A stretch of 34,521 nucleotides of DNA, taken from the IMG/VR virus record IMGVR_UViG_3300017747_003863, positions 1 through 34,521 of that record; one strand, 5' to 3'. Below, one piece after another: positions 1 to 10,164 of this stretch. Numbering within the stretch: position 1 is the first letter of the stretch; every line of letters begins with the position of its first letter. A program made the position numbers and the translations under genes. Source of the stretch: a virus. Lineage: Duplodnaviria > Caudoviricetes. Under the pieces are notes generated by a model. The model had not been told where the DNA came from and searched no databases. It saw only the letters and a program-made list of their open reading frames with translations.

Positions 1-209
1 ATAACTTCGGTAGAAGATTTAAAGAAGGTGGTATGATGACTGGCGGTAAGTTTGACCATAACACAAACCCAATTGATATTGTACAGAAGGGCAAGAAGGT
101 TGGCGAGATGACTGGAGGGGAAGTAATTCTGAATCCATCGCAGGCCAATAAGCTGTCCAAGGAGAGCGCATACTTCCGTACGCTTCTGAAGAAATTTAAC
201 AAGAAATAA
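1..209 (+). CDS. 3' end of a putative virion/ejection protein (5'-truncated by window)
   Basis: Open frame from nt 3 to TAA 207-209 (NFGRRFKEGGMMTGGKFDHNTNPIDIVQKGKKVGEMTGGEVILNPSQ...KFNKK); ends 2 nt before the next ATG; carries an FxxGG motif. Confidence 0.7.
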   Translation, partial: NFGRRFKEGGMMTGGKFDHNTNPIDIVQKGKKVGEMTGGEVILNPSQANKLSKESAYFRTLLKKFNKK

Positions 210-211
210 GA

Positions 212-1471
212 ATGGCTGCCATTTTACCCACAGTACCTATTGAGATGCCAGACCTCGCTGGTCAGGCTTTCAAGTTACAAGAATACAGAGCGGATCAGAA
301 AGCTACTGCTGCTGCCCAGAGAGAAAAGGATAAGCAGGCCAAAGGAAATTCGATTGGACTTAATAAGCTGTACGAATCTCAGGCAGAGGCCAGTCAAGTA
401 CTGAACAGATTCAAGCCAGAGACACAGAAGGCTTTTAACGAGGCTGTTAAACGTGGAGAGGCTTATTCTTATAGTGGATTAGACTCAGATAAGAACGCCT
501 TTCTGGAGAGTATGGGGGCTTACAATGCTTTGTTGGGTTCCGCAAAGGCTAAGACTGACATCTTTCTTGATGCAAGAAATAGTTACGTAAAGAATCCTTC
601 TCAGTTCTCGATTACGGGTTCCGAGTTTATGGATGTTTCAAATGGCTATGCCAACACTCCTGCGTCTACAGAAGAAATCTTAGACATCAACCAAGGCGTA
701 TTTACACTGCCTGCCGTGGAGGAGTTTAAGTACTTGGCTCCAGAGGATATGGCTAAGACTGGTATGCAGCTTATGAGTAATATGGCTGATACTTTTTCTC
801 CAGATGGCGTGTCGTTTAACAAACAGGGATTCATCGACTACGCAAGTAAGGAGTGGTTGCCAACTATGTTCCCTGCCAATTCTAATGCTGAGTTGCAGGC
901 TGTCATCTACGGTGCCCAGGCTCTTGGAGATGGAGGTCTTGGACTTCTTAGAAATCCTTCTCCGCAAGATATTCAGCGTTATGCTGCATTGCCGCAAGAA
1001 CAGAAGGAGAAATTCAAGCAGGTATACTACAATGATGTTATGAAACAACTGAGTGCATCTACTCCTACTCGCATTGGACAGCCTAAAGAGAAAGATGCAA
1101 ACGAAGGAATTGCAAAGCAATCGATACCGTATATGGACCTTGTCCCACGTACGCTTGCAATTGCTGATGCAAAATACACTCCCGCTCCAAAAGGTAAGGG
1201 AGGTAAGTCTGAAGGGAAAGGCACTATGAAAGAAGGAGCTAAGAGGAACGTTGATATGTATGAACTACCTGAGAACTTGTTTATTAAGACTGGAACGTAC
1301 GACATAACTGGATTCGGATTTGGCGAGGACGGCACTCAGTGGGTAACAAAGCGCAGAAAGAGAGATGACGATACTATTGAAATCGTAAGAGACCGTGCTA
1401 ACGACCGTGATCTTACTATTATACGCAACAAGATTGGTCCTGATGCGTATTACAAGTATCTTCAATTTTAA
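212..1471 (+). CDS. Hypothetical 419-aa protein, putative internal virion/ejection protein
   Basis: Long ORF, Ala/Gln/Lys-rich helical N-terminus, directly upstream of the giant protein. Function inferred from position only. Confidence 0.6.
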   Translation: MAAILPTVPIEMPDLAGQAFKLQEYRADQKATAAAQREKDKQAKGNSIGLNKLYESQAEASQVLNRFKPETQKAFNEAVKRGEAYSYSGLDSDKNAFLESMGAYNALLGSAKAKTDIFLDARNSYVKNPSQFSITGSEFMDVSNGYANTPASTEEILDINQGVFTLPAVEEFKYLAPEDMAKTGMQLMSNMADTFSPDGVSFNKQGFIDYASKEWLPTMFPANSNAELQAVIYGAQALGDGGLGLLRNPSPQDIQRYAALPQEQKEKFKQVYYNDVMKQLSASTPTRIGQPKEKDANEGIAKQSIPYMDLVPRTLAIADAKYTPAPKGKGGKSEGKGTMKEGAKRNVDMYELPENLFIKTGTYDITGFGFGEDGTQWVTKRRKRDDDTIEIVRDRANDRDLTIIRNKIGPDAYYKYLQF

Positions 1472-1472
1472 C

Positions 1473-1480
1473 TAAATTTG
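1473..1480 (+). promoter_or_regulatory. Bacteroidota-type -7 promoter element (TAAATTTG)
   Basis: Matches TAnnTTTG in the 26-nt gap before the giant ORF; no clear -33 TTG. Confidence 0.4.
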
Positions 1481-1497
1481 CATATTAACAGAAGCAT

Positions 1498-4400
1498 ATG
1501 CCATCATTAGAACAGATTGCCAAGGGTGCCAAGGCCAGTGGTTTGACACAGAAGGACTTCGAGGCTCGCATACTTGCAAATCCAAGATACTCTAACCTGT
1601 CTCGTGAAGAGATTGCTACTGCTTGGGGTGGTGGGTTAAAAAAAAAAGACCAGTCTTCTGGATTAAACGAACCTGGAACCAAGACGGCATCTACGGTTTC
1701 TCCATCTCGCTTAAGTGGCGTGGTACCGTCTACTCGGCCTACTTCGGTATCAGACGTAGCGCCATCACTAAGTAGACAACAAGGTCTTTCAGACTTAAGC
1801 AAACAGAAGCCAGCATCTACTAAGCCACGTGGCGAGTATGATGGACTGGCTCGGCCTGGTCGTACACCAGTAGTTCCTGCTGACGTTATTGCTACGGCAA
1901 CTCAGAAGCAGATGACCAATGAGAATGAGCTCGGTCAGGTTCGTGCTTTTGCAGGTAGAGAGCTTCTTAACGAGATTGCAAATATCACCAGTAAGGTTAC
2001 TGATGACCAGGCTGGACCTGCCTTGTTAAGAAATGCTAAAAAGGTTGATGACCTGTACAGACAGTTCTCACCTGACGATAGCGGTTCTATGTTCGTTAGA
2101 GATCAGAATGGCAAAACTTCCATTGATCCTAACGCTTTAAACAACGTATTTAAGTTTGCTGACGCTGAAGTAGCAAAGGGAGTGGCTCTCAAGCTAAGAG
2201 AGGAAGAACTTGGAGAAGCTGTTGAAAATAACGCTACATCGAGACTCGGACTGAGTGTGCTTGAAATGGCGTTCACTCTGCCAGATCTTATTGGAAATTT
2301 AGCTTTATCTGCACCTTACTATTTAAGCAGGGCTATGACTCCAGGTTTTACTGGAGAGTTTAATCCAGTAACTACTGCTTTTGGTGACTTTGCTGACAGA
2401 AACAGAATTCAGACAGAGTTAGGAGAGATAGGTAAGGGATTTGGAGAGGTAAGAAATGAACTATCTCGTGCAGAGATGGTTACGGACTTCGGTGAAGAAC
2501 GTGCAAACCTTGGTATAGTCGGAAACTTTTCAGAAGGTACCGTAGAAGGCTTTGGCGCTGGTATGGCTATGCTTGGAAATTCTTTCGTTGAGAACTTGCC
2601 ACAGTTAGCTATTACAGTAATAGCTCCAGAGATTGGCCTCCCTATGTTGGCTACTATGTCCGCCACTCAGACATACAACGAGGTTCTTGATAATAAAAAT
2701 TACAGTACTGCTGACAAAGTTGCTTACGCTACTGTAATGGGAGGAGTTGAGTTTTTATCAGAGAAAATTCTTAACGCAGATATTAGAGCTTTACGTGGAG
2801 CTATAAGTGACGCTGGTATTGACTTGACTACAAAACAAGGAAAGAAAGAGCTCGCAGACTTGATGTTTGGAAAAGTACCAAAATCTCTTCGTGTAGCTGT
2901 TGAAGAGCCTCTTGAAGAAGCTATTGTATCTGCCACTGGAGAAGTTATGCAGGCAGCCATAGAGGGTAAGCCAATCAACGTTGCTAACATTGCAGAGGGG
3001 GCTCTTGCTGGACTTGGAGCTGGAGCTGGTATCAGTGTATTGACTAACGGCATTTCTGCTATTGGCAAGTCTACCGATGCTGCAAACATAATCAAGACAC
3101 AGTCTCAAATTAAGAAACTGAGTGACTTGATGAACGACCCTTCCATTTCTGAGGAAGAAAAGGCTGTTCTGCGCCCTAAACTCGAACAGCTTATTAAGGA
3201 CGACAAGAAGATCCGTGAGAACTCCGCTGACTACTACAGCAATTTTACTGATGAGGACGTACAGGAAACTGTTAAACTAAATCAGGTTATATCTGAAGGT
3301 ATTAAGAACTTTTCTAAGATGACCACACCAGAGGCTAAGGCTGAGGTGGCTGCTAACGTAAAGGCAGCAATGGAAGCTAAGAAAGCAATAGAGACAAAGT
3401 ATGATAGTCAAGAAGGAGTCGATGAAATAATGTCATTACCTGATGATCAGGTTATCTCATTCAATGTTGAGTCTTTAGACCAGATACCCGAACAGTTTAG
3501 AGATCGAGCCGAAAAAAAGAACGATTTTGAATTTAAAGTTAGAGAAACAATTTTTGGACTACCAATTGGTAAGGAAACAACAAAAGTTGTTAATCAGGGT
3601 TACTCATACACGTTAACTGGAAAGGAAGCAAAAGATTATGCCGCTCAAAATAAAACAGTAGATACTAAATATGATAGTCAAGAAGGACAGCAAGTACCAG
3701 GTACTCAGCAAACAGGGGAAGCCCCTGTCGAAGCCCAACCTGTCGAAGAAGCAGGCGCAGAAGCGGCTCCAGCAGGTGGAGTGGTTCAAGAAGAAACAAA
3801 ACCTGTAGAGGAAGCTGTTACTGAGGAAGTAGACACCAAAGAGGAAGATTCAGAAATCGAGTTCTACGACAGTAAGATTATCGACCTTGAGTCTGAGATT
3901 GAAATAGAGAAAGGTAACCTCAAGGAAGCCAAGGCTGAGATCGACCAACAGATTAAAGATGTACGTGCTGACAAGACTCCCACTCCTGCCGAGAGAAGGG
4001 AAAAGATCGAGGACTTACAAGCACAGAAGCAAGATGTTATTGATGACCTTACTGGCAACATTGAGGTATATAAAGAAGAGATTAAAGCTTTCAAGTCTGA
4101 CATTAAGAAGCTTGAGAAGGCTAAGGCTAAGAAGCTTGAGAAGGCCAAAGCTGCTCCTGTAACTGCACCAGTTGCTCAAGCAGGTCCAGTACAGCCTGTG
4201 GTTGAACCAGTATTTGCAGAAACTGCAACAGCTCAGGAGACTGCTACAGCAGAAACAACTCAGGAAGCTGCTCCAGTTAAAGAAACTAAGAAGCCAGCTG
4301 GTAAGGTAGCCAGCAGTGAGGAAGTTGCAAGTCGTATTGCTTCTTCACCTTCTAAGGCACGTATGTACACGGCTGTTAAACGTGCTACAAACTCTCTTAA

Positions 4401-7400
4401 GAAGCTGTTCCCATATGCTGAGTATGTATTCGTAGACTCTGATGCAGAAGCTGCTGAGTACTACAAGCAGAATATGGACAAGGTTCCTGCTGATGAGAAA
4501 GGAACCGACAAGGGCAGAATTATCCAGAACAAGAACAATGGTAAGATTGAGATTGTAATCAACACAAGCAGTGCTGATGCGACTACAGTTTACCACGAGC
4601 TGTTCCACGCTGCCTTCTTCAAGGCGTACGCTCAAGATGCAGCTACTGCTGTCGACTTCGCCAACAGATTATCCAAAGTTCTTAACTCTGGTACATCTGC
4701 AGAAAAGGCCATTGCAAAGCGTGTTGATGAGCACGTAGCAAAGTACGATGGAGATACTGAAGGTGTAGTCAGCGAAGAGTTTCTATCTGAACTTGCTGGT
4801 ATACTTGCTGCTGACTCTAAGTCTATCACGCAGGGTATGGCAGCTAAGATTGCCAACTTCATCAATAACATTTCCAAGAAGATTGGAATTGGCCCCGTGT
4901 TCACAGAGGCAGCTACTACCAAGGAAGTTGTAGACTTTATGAATTCATTTGCAGCAGCTGCACGTGAGGGAGGAAATGTCCTGGCATTTTTGGATGGACC
5001 AGTTGAATCGTTTTTGAGTACAGGAAGAAATGATGCTGTAGACATCGAAGTAAGACCAAGTAAACAAAAGTCTACTCAAACACTTGAAGAGGCAAGAAAG
5101 TCACTTGAGGAAAAAGCAAGGAAGGTTTTCCCATCTTCTACAGATGAAGCTCTAACCAAAAAGGAAATTTCTGTTTTCTTTATGAACAATGATTTCAGTT
5201 GGGTAAATCATTTTTTTGGTGGTAACTACGAAAAAGTAGCACAAATGTTTTCTGATATATCCAAGCAAGATGGGGTATATTTATTTCCAAGCGTTACTCT
5301 TCCTGGAGGTTTTATTGTTATCGACACATCAAAAGGAGACGCTCAAATTGAAATGAACATAAAGATGTCCCCCAGAAAGGGTGATACTGTGTACATTGAC
5401 GCAATTGAGTTGTTTGACAAGGGATTAAAGGGTACTGGTGCTGGAACCAGACTGATGAACAGGATTATTTCTTCGGCTGATAAACTTGGTTTCACTATAA
5501 AGCTTGATGCCTTCCCAACCAGAAGATTCCAGTACGATCAAGAAAAAGGAAAAGACATTCCAGATAAGATGCTGGAGAAGATGGCTGACAGATTGGTCAC
5601 CGACTTCTACAGCAAGTTTGGATTTGTGTCTCAGTCAAGCTCTCCAAAAAATAAAGAGAAGTTCCGCTCTATGTATAGAGAGCCTGGAGCTAAATCTTCG
5701 GAACTAAGACCTTCAAGTAGCACTGTTGTTGCAGATGATACTGATGCTGTTGTAGCTACTGCCGTATTTAGACCTTCCAGCAGTAAGTCTGCTAAAAAGA
5801 TTACAGTTGAGGAATCACGTCCTGGATTTACAAGACCAGGTAAGTTTCCATCAAGGACTACTTCTGCTATGGATTTTGATGGAGAGACATTCATCACCAC
5901 ACAGTCAGACAGATTGGCTACTGGGGAACAGGTGTTGTCCAATGGTGAAAAAATCACGCTTCGTGGTGGTTTTGGCTATCCATCTATGACTGGATACGTG
6001 TGGGCTGCATCACAACTATCAAAGGCAAACGAAATTGCCGCACAGATTAATAGACAGATTAAGGAGAGAGGATATGCGCTACTATCTCCTCTTGTTATGA
6101 GCGAGGAGTCTCACAAGGGCAACTATACCTACTTCTCAGCTGCTATGAGTTTAGTTAATTCAGCAGCGGATAAGAAAAAGCTCAGCAACAAAAAGTTTCT
6201 TGAAGTTGTTAAGAAGGCTGCGGAGATCGCTGATGTTGATGTGTCGTCCGTAAATGCAAAGACTGTAAAGGAGAACACTGAGATACTTATGGACCTGTTC
6301 TCTGTAGAGGGTGGAACTTTCCAGAAACGTTCGTCTTTCGTAAAAGCTCTCCTTGGAAATACTACTAAAAAGGGCGGTGTTCACAAACCAAGTCTCCCAG
6401 GAGTAATAACTTCTGACCAACTGGCTGACATAACAGCAGATCCATTTTTGAAAGGACTTGCTGGTACTGGATATGTTATGTCTGTAATCAGAATAACCAA
6501 ACCAGTAAAAACACGTGAAACTTCTGCCAAGGAAGATGGTTTTGCTTTTCACGAATCTTACCCAGCTATTATCGAATCAACTGACAGTAAAGACTCTGGA
6601 GTTGAGCTAATAGTGTTTGATAATGCATTTGCTGTACAAGATGTATTCCCATCATTTGAAACTACTTCTGGTAAGACTATAACTCTTGAATCTGTTGGAG
6701 GTGATGTTAACAAGTATCAACTATTTTTAGGACTTCGCAACATCCCAGCAGTTACAAAGGCTAAGGTTTCTATGAAGCCATCCACCCAGGAAGGCCCGAA
6801 GCTGTCCCCACGTAGCTCCAAGCTTAACTACGACAAGAAAGGATTCGATGCTAATGAGTTGGCTTCCTTGCCGAAATCTACTATGACTAAGGCTAAGATT
6901 CAAGAGATAATCAACTCTGGGACATACGCATTTTTAACCGCAGAGAATCCTAATAACAAGAAGGCTACACTTGAAGAGAACGCATCGTATATGGCAGCTG
7001 CTAAAGCTTGGTTATCCAAGAGAGGATACAAGCCTACTGCTATATATGGTATGTACACAAACAAGGAGAACAGCTTCTTCATTCCAGATATGTCGTTTAA
7101 AGACGCTGAGGCTTTTAGAAAGAAGTTCAAGCAGGAGTCTGTTGCCCATTCTGAAGCTCTCGTATACGAAGACACGTACCAGGAAAGAATCCCTGGGGAG
7201 AACTCATTTAACGCAAACTACAAAGACCCCAAGAATGACTACTACTCCGTCTTCAAGGACAAGGAAGGAAATATCTTTGGGGTATCTACTACCTATGCAG
7301 ATGACACTCAACCACTAAGTAACTTTGAGTCAAGAAGTTCAAAGGCGGAAGAGGCGTCTGATGTTGCACGAGAGGTGGTTGATCAGTACTACAAGAACAG

Positions 7401-9942
7401 AGGTAATGTCGACCAAAACTGGATGCAGAAACTTGCTGGTAACGTGTACTCTAATATGGTTCGTACACCTGAACAGATGGAGGCCCTTCGTATAAAGGAG
7501 ACCCGTGACTCTAAGACAAGTAGACAGGCTCTCAAGATTCGTAGAATGGCTCAAAACCTATACAACCTAATTGAGAAAAGTGGTGCCGATGCAGCTGCTC
7601 TTGTTACGGAGTATATGTCTGGACCTACTGCTGAAAACATTGATGCTATTGAGAACCTGAAGAACGGTGCCAAGATTCTTGATGCAGCAACAGAGATGCG
7701 GGCCTTCTTAGACCAGATGTCAAGACAATTAGTTGATGGTCCTGCATTTTACGCACTGAACCAAGAACTTAAAGAAGCCATCCTTGGCAACGTTGGAAGT
7801 TACCTGAAGACCTCATACAGATTCTGGAAGGACAAGAACTACAAGATTACTGACAAGGCTATTAAAAATGCAGCGGCTCACGTGTACGATGTTATTCGTG
7901 CTAAGAAGATGGGCTTGTTAGTCAAGGAAGGTAAGAGCCCTCAGGAGATTGAAGAGTTCTTTGAAGCTACCAAGGAGCAGATGTTCCGTGAAGCCGTGCA
8001 ACAGATTAACGACTACGTGCGTGAAGTCGAGAAGATTCGAAGCGCTCCTAAGTTTAAAGGCTCTGGTATGGTTACTACTGGGCAGCTAAAGATTCCTGGT
8101 GAGTCATTCCAGAAGCGTAAGGATATTCCAGCATATATCCAAGAGCTGTTAGGTGTAGAGAAAGACCCACAGATTCGTTTCATCGACACTGCTTTAGCGC
8201 TTACAAACATCCTGTACAAGGGTGAGATGGCAGCTAAGATGGCTAATGCCTTTGGTAACGACTTCTTTATCTCTGACGATGTCATCACTAAAGAGGATAA
8301 AGAGTCTGGTATGTACAAGCAGGTTAAGGATGAGTACTCTCCTCTTAACCGTATGTGGGTTCCAACTGAAATCTTCAAGGTTATAAATAACGAAGACATT
8401 TATAGCGCAGATACCATATTTGGTCAACGTTACTATGATCTTTTGAAACTTTCCAGAAAAAGCAAGGTCACGTGGAACTTGCCTACCTGGAGAAAGAACA
8501 TCACTGGAGGCTGGCAGGTCATTATGGCTAACGGTATCCTTAACCCTCAGTTCATAAAAGACTTAGCAAACAGACCTGCCTTTACAGTAATGGGGAAAGA
8601 AACCGAGGAAATGACACAGCTCCTCGATGAAATGGCTCAGTACGGACTTATTGGAGGTGACGTTAATGCAAACGTCATCAATGGTGTTGATGCGATGTAC
8701 AGCGGCATTATACGTGGAGACTATAGCTATACAGACAAGGCTTGGAATTGGGTAAAGAATAAGGACAAAAAGCTGTCCGAGCGCTACTCTGCAATTGATG
8801 ATTACACTAAAATGATCATCTACAGAAATAAGCGTGATTCATTTGCTAAGAAGCTGTATGGCGCTAATTACGACACTTTAAACCAAACTCAACAAGAGCA
8901 AGTTCGTGCAGCGGCTGCTGAAGAAACTAAGCAGACCACACCAACGTTCTCAAGGCTCCCACCATTCTATCGTGCATTAGCTAAAGTTCCACTCGGAGAC
9001 TTCTTATCCTTTAAGCTTGAATCTGTCCGTTCGCTATCTATGATTGTCAAGACTGCAAATGACGACATCAAGAAGGCAATGGATCCAAAACTTTCCGCAG
9101 TACAACGTGCTGAATATGCAAAGACTGGACTGGCTAAGATTATGGGAGCTGCTGGTGCATTGTCTTTATCATACGTAATACCAGGTATGATTGAATCTGC
9201 ACTTGGGTTTGACGAGGAAGAGACGGAAGATATGAAGTTACTGCGCCCTGACTGGATGTCTGGAGACAACTTAATCGTTAAGAAGGCAGACGGCAGTGGT
9301 AACGTATCTGTATACGATATGACTATGGAGGATACTTATGGGGATGTGAGTTCTATGATAGTCAATCTTAGTAAGGGTGAATTTAAAGAGGTTGCTAAAA
9401 TCTTTTCAGATGCTTTAGGAGTCAATATGGTCGTCACTATGCTGTTTAATCTTGCTGAGAAAAAAGACCAGTACGGAAGACCTCTGTTTGAGTCATACGA
9501 CAGTGATATGAACAGCATTTTTAAAGTTGTAAAATACCTAAGCAAAGAGACTGTTATTCCGCCATCTTTTTACTCATCTGGTCGTGATGCTGCATATATT
9601 TCTGAGCAAACTGGGGAAAATGTTTACTATCTGTTCGGTGAACTTGCTCTAAAGAGAGTCGTGATTCGTGACTACCAATACAATATGGGACAGCAGTTTT
9701 ACTTTGATGCTGTTGATGGAGCTGAAGGTATTAAGAAAGATGAGCAGTATACTAACCTTACTGGAGCTGAGTATGAAAAAAGAATTGCTAAGATTGATCA
9801 GATTAAGGATAAGTATGAGGCGATAGTTCGATATGGAAAGCTGTATGATAACAATGATATGATTAAGAGCGCCAAGAGTGCCATCAAGAAGTACTACGGC
9901 AAGGACGAAGAGAGATACATTCTATACGGTCAAATGAAGTAA
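1498..9942 (+). CDS. Large polyvalent (probably virion-packaged/ejected) protein, 2814 aa: zincin-like metallopeptidase, GNAT, SAM-lyase/DUF3293-like and unknown modules
   Basis: HELFH (4594-4608) with downstream EEF (4774); GNAT motif A KGTGAGTRLM plus FYSKFGF; FLTAENP...GMY...ENSFF...FKQESV; acidic coiled-coil and Pro/Ala/Glu linkers; long helical C-terminus. Confidence 0.8.
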   Translation: MPSLEQIAKGAKASGLTQKDFEARILANPRYSNLSREEIATAWGGGLKKKDQSSGLNEPGTKTASTVSPSRLSGVVPSTRPTSVSDVAPSLSRQQGLSDLSKQKPASTKPRGEYDGLARPGRTPVVPADVIATATQKQMTNENELGQVRAFAGRELLNEIANITSKVTDDQAGPALLRNAKKVDDLYRQFSPDDSGSMFVRDQNGKTSIDPNALNNVFKFADAEVAKGVALKLREEELGEAVENNATSRLGLSVLEMAFTLPDLIGNLALSAPYYLSRAMTPGFTGEFNPVTTAFGDFADRNRIQTELGEIGKGFGEVRNELSRAEMVTDFGEERANLGIVGNFSEGTVEGFGAGMAMLGNSFVENLPQLAITVIAPEIGLPMLATMSATQTYNEVLDNKNYSTADKVAYATVMGGVEFLSEKILNADIRALRGAISDAGIDLTTKQGKKELADLMFGKVPKSLRVAVEEPLEEAIVSATGEVMQAAIEGKPINVANIAEGALAGLGAGAGISVLTNGISAIGKSTDAANIIKTQSQIKKLSDLMNDPSISEEEKAVLRPKLEQLIKDDKKIRENSADYYSNFTDEDVQETVKLNQVISEGIKNFSKMTTPEAKAEVAANVKAAMEAKKAIETKYDSQEGVDEIMSLPDDQVISFNVESLDQIPEQFRDRAEKKNDFEFKVRETIFGLPIGKETTKVVNQGYSYTLTGKEAKDYAAQNKTVDTKYDSQEGQQVPGTQQTGEAPVEAQPVEEAGAEAAPAGGVVQEETKPVEEAVTEEVDTKEEDSEIEFYDSKIIDLESEIEIEKGNLKEAKAEIDQQIKDVRADKTPTPAERREKIEDLQAQKQDVIDDLTGNIEVYKEEIKAFKSDIKKLEKAKAKKLEKAKAAPVTAPVAQAGPVQPVVEPVFAETATAQETATAETTQEAAPVKETKKPAGKVASSEEVASRIASSPSKARMYTAVKRATNSLKKLFPYAEYVFVDSDAEAAEYYKQNMDKVPADEKGTDKGRIIQNKNNGKIEIVINTSSADATTVYHELFHAAFFKAYAQDAATAVDFANRLSKVLNSGTSAEKAIAKRVDEHVAKYDGDTEGVVSEEFLSELAGILAADSKSITQGMAAKIANFINNISKKIGIGPVFTEAATTKEVVDFMNSFAAAAREGGNVLAFLDGPVESFLSTGRNDAVDIEVRPSKQKSTQTLEEARKSLEEKARKVFPSSTDEALTKKEISVFFMNNDFSWVNHFFGGNYEKVAQMFSDISKQDGVYLFPSVTLPGGFIVIDTSKGDAQIEMNIKMSPRKGDTVYIDAIELFDKGLKGTGAGTRLMNRIISSADKLGFTIKLDAFPTRRFQYDQEKGKDIPDKMLEKMADRLVTDFYSKFGFVSQSSSPKNKEKFRSMYREPGAKSSELRPSSSTVVADDTDAVVATAVFRPSSSKSAKKITVEESRPGFTRPGKFPSRTTSAMDFDGETFITTQSDRLATGEQVLSNGEKITLRGGFGYPSMTGYVWAASQLSKANEIAAQINRQIKERGYALLSPLVMSEESHKGNYTYFSAAMSLVNSAADKKKLSNKKFLEVVKKAAEIADVDVSSVNAKTVKENTEILMDLFSVEGGTFQKRSSFVKALLGNTTKKGGVHKPSLPGVITSDQLADITADPFLKGLAGTGYVMSVIRITKPVKTRETSAKEDGFAFHESYPAIIESTDSKDSGVELIVFDNAFAVQDVFPSFETTSGKTITLESVGGDVNKYQLFLGLRNIPAVTKAKVSMKPSTQEGPKLSPRSSKLNYDKKGFDANELASLPKSTMTKAKIQEIINSGTYAFLTAENPNNKKATLEENASYMAAAKAWLSKRGYKPTAIYGMYTNKENSFFIPDMSFKDAEAFRKKFKQESVAHSEALVYEDTYQERIPGENSFNANYKDPKNDYYSVFKDKEGNIFGVSTTYADDTQPLSNFESRSSKAEEASDVAREVVDQYYKNRGNVDQNWMQKLAGNVYSNMVRTPEQMEALRIKETRDSKTSRQALKIRRMAQNLYNLIEKSGADAAALVTEYMSGPTAENIDAIENLKNGAKILDAATEMRAFLDQMSRQLVDGPAFYALNQELKEAILGNVGSYLKTSYRFWKDKNYKITDKAIKNAAAHVYDVIRAKKMGLLVKEGKSPQEIEEFFEATKEQMFREAVQQINDYVREVEKIRSAPKFKGSGMVTTGQLKIPGESFQKRKDIPAYIQELLGVEKDPQIRFIDTALALTNILYKGEMAAKMANAFGNDFFISDDVITKEDKESGMYKQVKDEYSPLNRMWVPTEIFKVINNEDIYSADTIFGQRYYDLLKLSRKSKVTWNLPTWRKNITGGWQVIMANGILNPQFIKDLANRPAFTVMGKETEEMTQLLDEMAQYGLIGGDVNANVINGVDAMYSGIIRGDYSYTDKAWNWVKNKDKKLSERYSAIDDYTKMIIYRNKRDSFAKKLYGANYDTLNQTQQEQVRAAAAEETKQTTPTFSRLPPFYRALAKVPLGDFLSFKLESVRSLSMIVKTANDDIKKAMDPKLSAVQRAEYAKTGLAKIMGAAGALSLSYVIPGMIESALGFDEEETEDMKLLRPDWMSGDNLIVKKADGSGNVSVYDMTMEDTYGDVSSMIVNLSKGEFKEVAKIFSDALGVNMVVTMLFNLAEKKDQYGRPLFESYDSDMNSIFKVVKYLSKETVIPPSFYSSGRDAAYISEQTGENVYYLFGELALKRVVIRDYQYNMGQQFYFDAVDGAEGIKKDEQYTNLTGAEYEKRIAKIDQIKDKYEAIVRYGKLYDNNDMIKSAKSAIKKYYGKDEERYILYGQMK
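3400..3687 (+). repeat. 18-bp exact direct repeat TATGATAGTCAAGAAGGA (3400-3417 and 3670-3687)
   Basis: Read directly; copies are 270 nt apart, both within (E/D)TKYDSQEG. Confidence 0.9.
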
Positions 9943-9943
9943 T

Positions 9944-10078
9944 ATGGCAAAGATGAAAGAGGGAACAGCCTTCGTTCCTAAACCTAAGAGAAGACGCAAG
10001 GGCGTACACGCAAAAACAAAAGTGTCTAAGAGTAAGAACGCAAGTAATTACAAGAAGGCATACATTGGACAGGGGTAA
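9944..10078 (+). CDS. Small very basic protein, 44 aa (not in ORF track)
   Basis: MAKMKEGTAFVPKPKRRRKGVHAKTKVSKSKNASNYKKAYIGQG; ATG 1 nt after the giant gene stop; resembles a common small phage family ending in YxGQG. Confidence 0.75.
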   Translation: MAKMKEGTAFVPKPKRRRKGVHAKTKVSKSKNASNYKKAYIGQG

Positions 10079-10106
10079 AAAAGAAAGGGGGACGTATGTC
10101 CCCCCT
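10077..10106 (-). terminator. Intrinsic terminator at the convergence of the two arms
   Basis: Perfect 9-bp stem AAGGGGGAC-gtat-GTCCCCCTT (10085-10106), followed on the - strand by TCTTTTTT; downstream of nrdA. Confidence 0.8.
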
Positions 10107-10164
10107 TCCAAACCAAACTACTGCGAGACACGTCCCACCGAGTGTGGTGAGAAATGCTGTAGGC

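Noticed and set aside
646-9545. Many 60-146 aa antisense or alternate-frame ORFs within the two large + strand genes
   Set aside because: Shadows of long coding frames with biased composition and no initiation context.
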